A stretch of DNA of 64,000 nucleotides from Eledone cirrhosa (Eukaryota). The DNA lies in the NCBI GenBank assembly GCA_964016885.1, contig OZ024740.1:183334001-183398000 (forward strand), given 5' to 3'. A model generated the notes under the pieces. It had not been told where the DNA came from and made no database searches. It saw only the letters and a program-made list of their open reading frames with translations. The translations under genes and the position numbers were made by a program. This document shows positions 63,998 to 64,000 of this stretch, piece by piece. Positions within the stretch are counted from its first letter, which is position 1; each line of letters starts with the position of its first letter.

Positions 63998-64000
63998 ATA

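Overview
AT-rich, microsatellite-rich animal genomic DNA. The repeat repertoire suggests an octopus or other cephalopod; this is an inference, not a database result. I found no convincing host protein-coding exon, and every recognisable ORF is transposon-derived. The window holds three Penelope-like element (PLE) reverse transcriptases plus a PLE GIY-YIG relic, several RTE LINEs, three R4/Dong-like LINE relics, two Helitron derivatives, MITEs and tRNA-derived SINEs. The most striking structure is a chain of about 10 kb (about 4.2-14.0 kb) of six consecutive insertions separated by (TA)n tracts. Each insertion is two arms joined head-to-head, and each arm carries a type I hammerhead ribozyme (HHR) motif pointing outward toward the flanking (TA)n. 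Two insertions contain PLE RT sequence and four are non-coding. One non-coding insertion (11959-14030) is an inverted array of apparently identical, highly structured 310-bp units with six intact HHRs. It looks like a retrozyme-like or circular-RNA-generating element mobilised by (TA)n-targeting PLEs. All structures were read by eye; no folding, alignment or database search was run.
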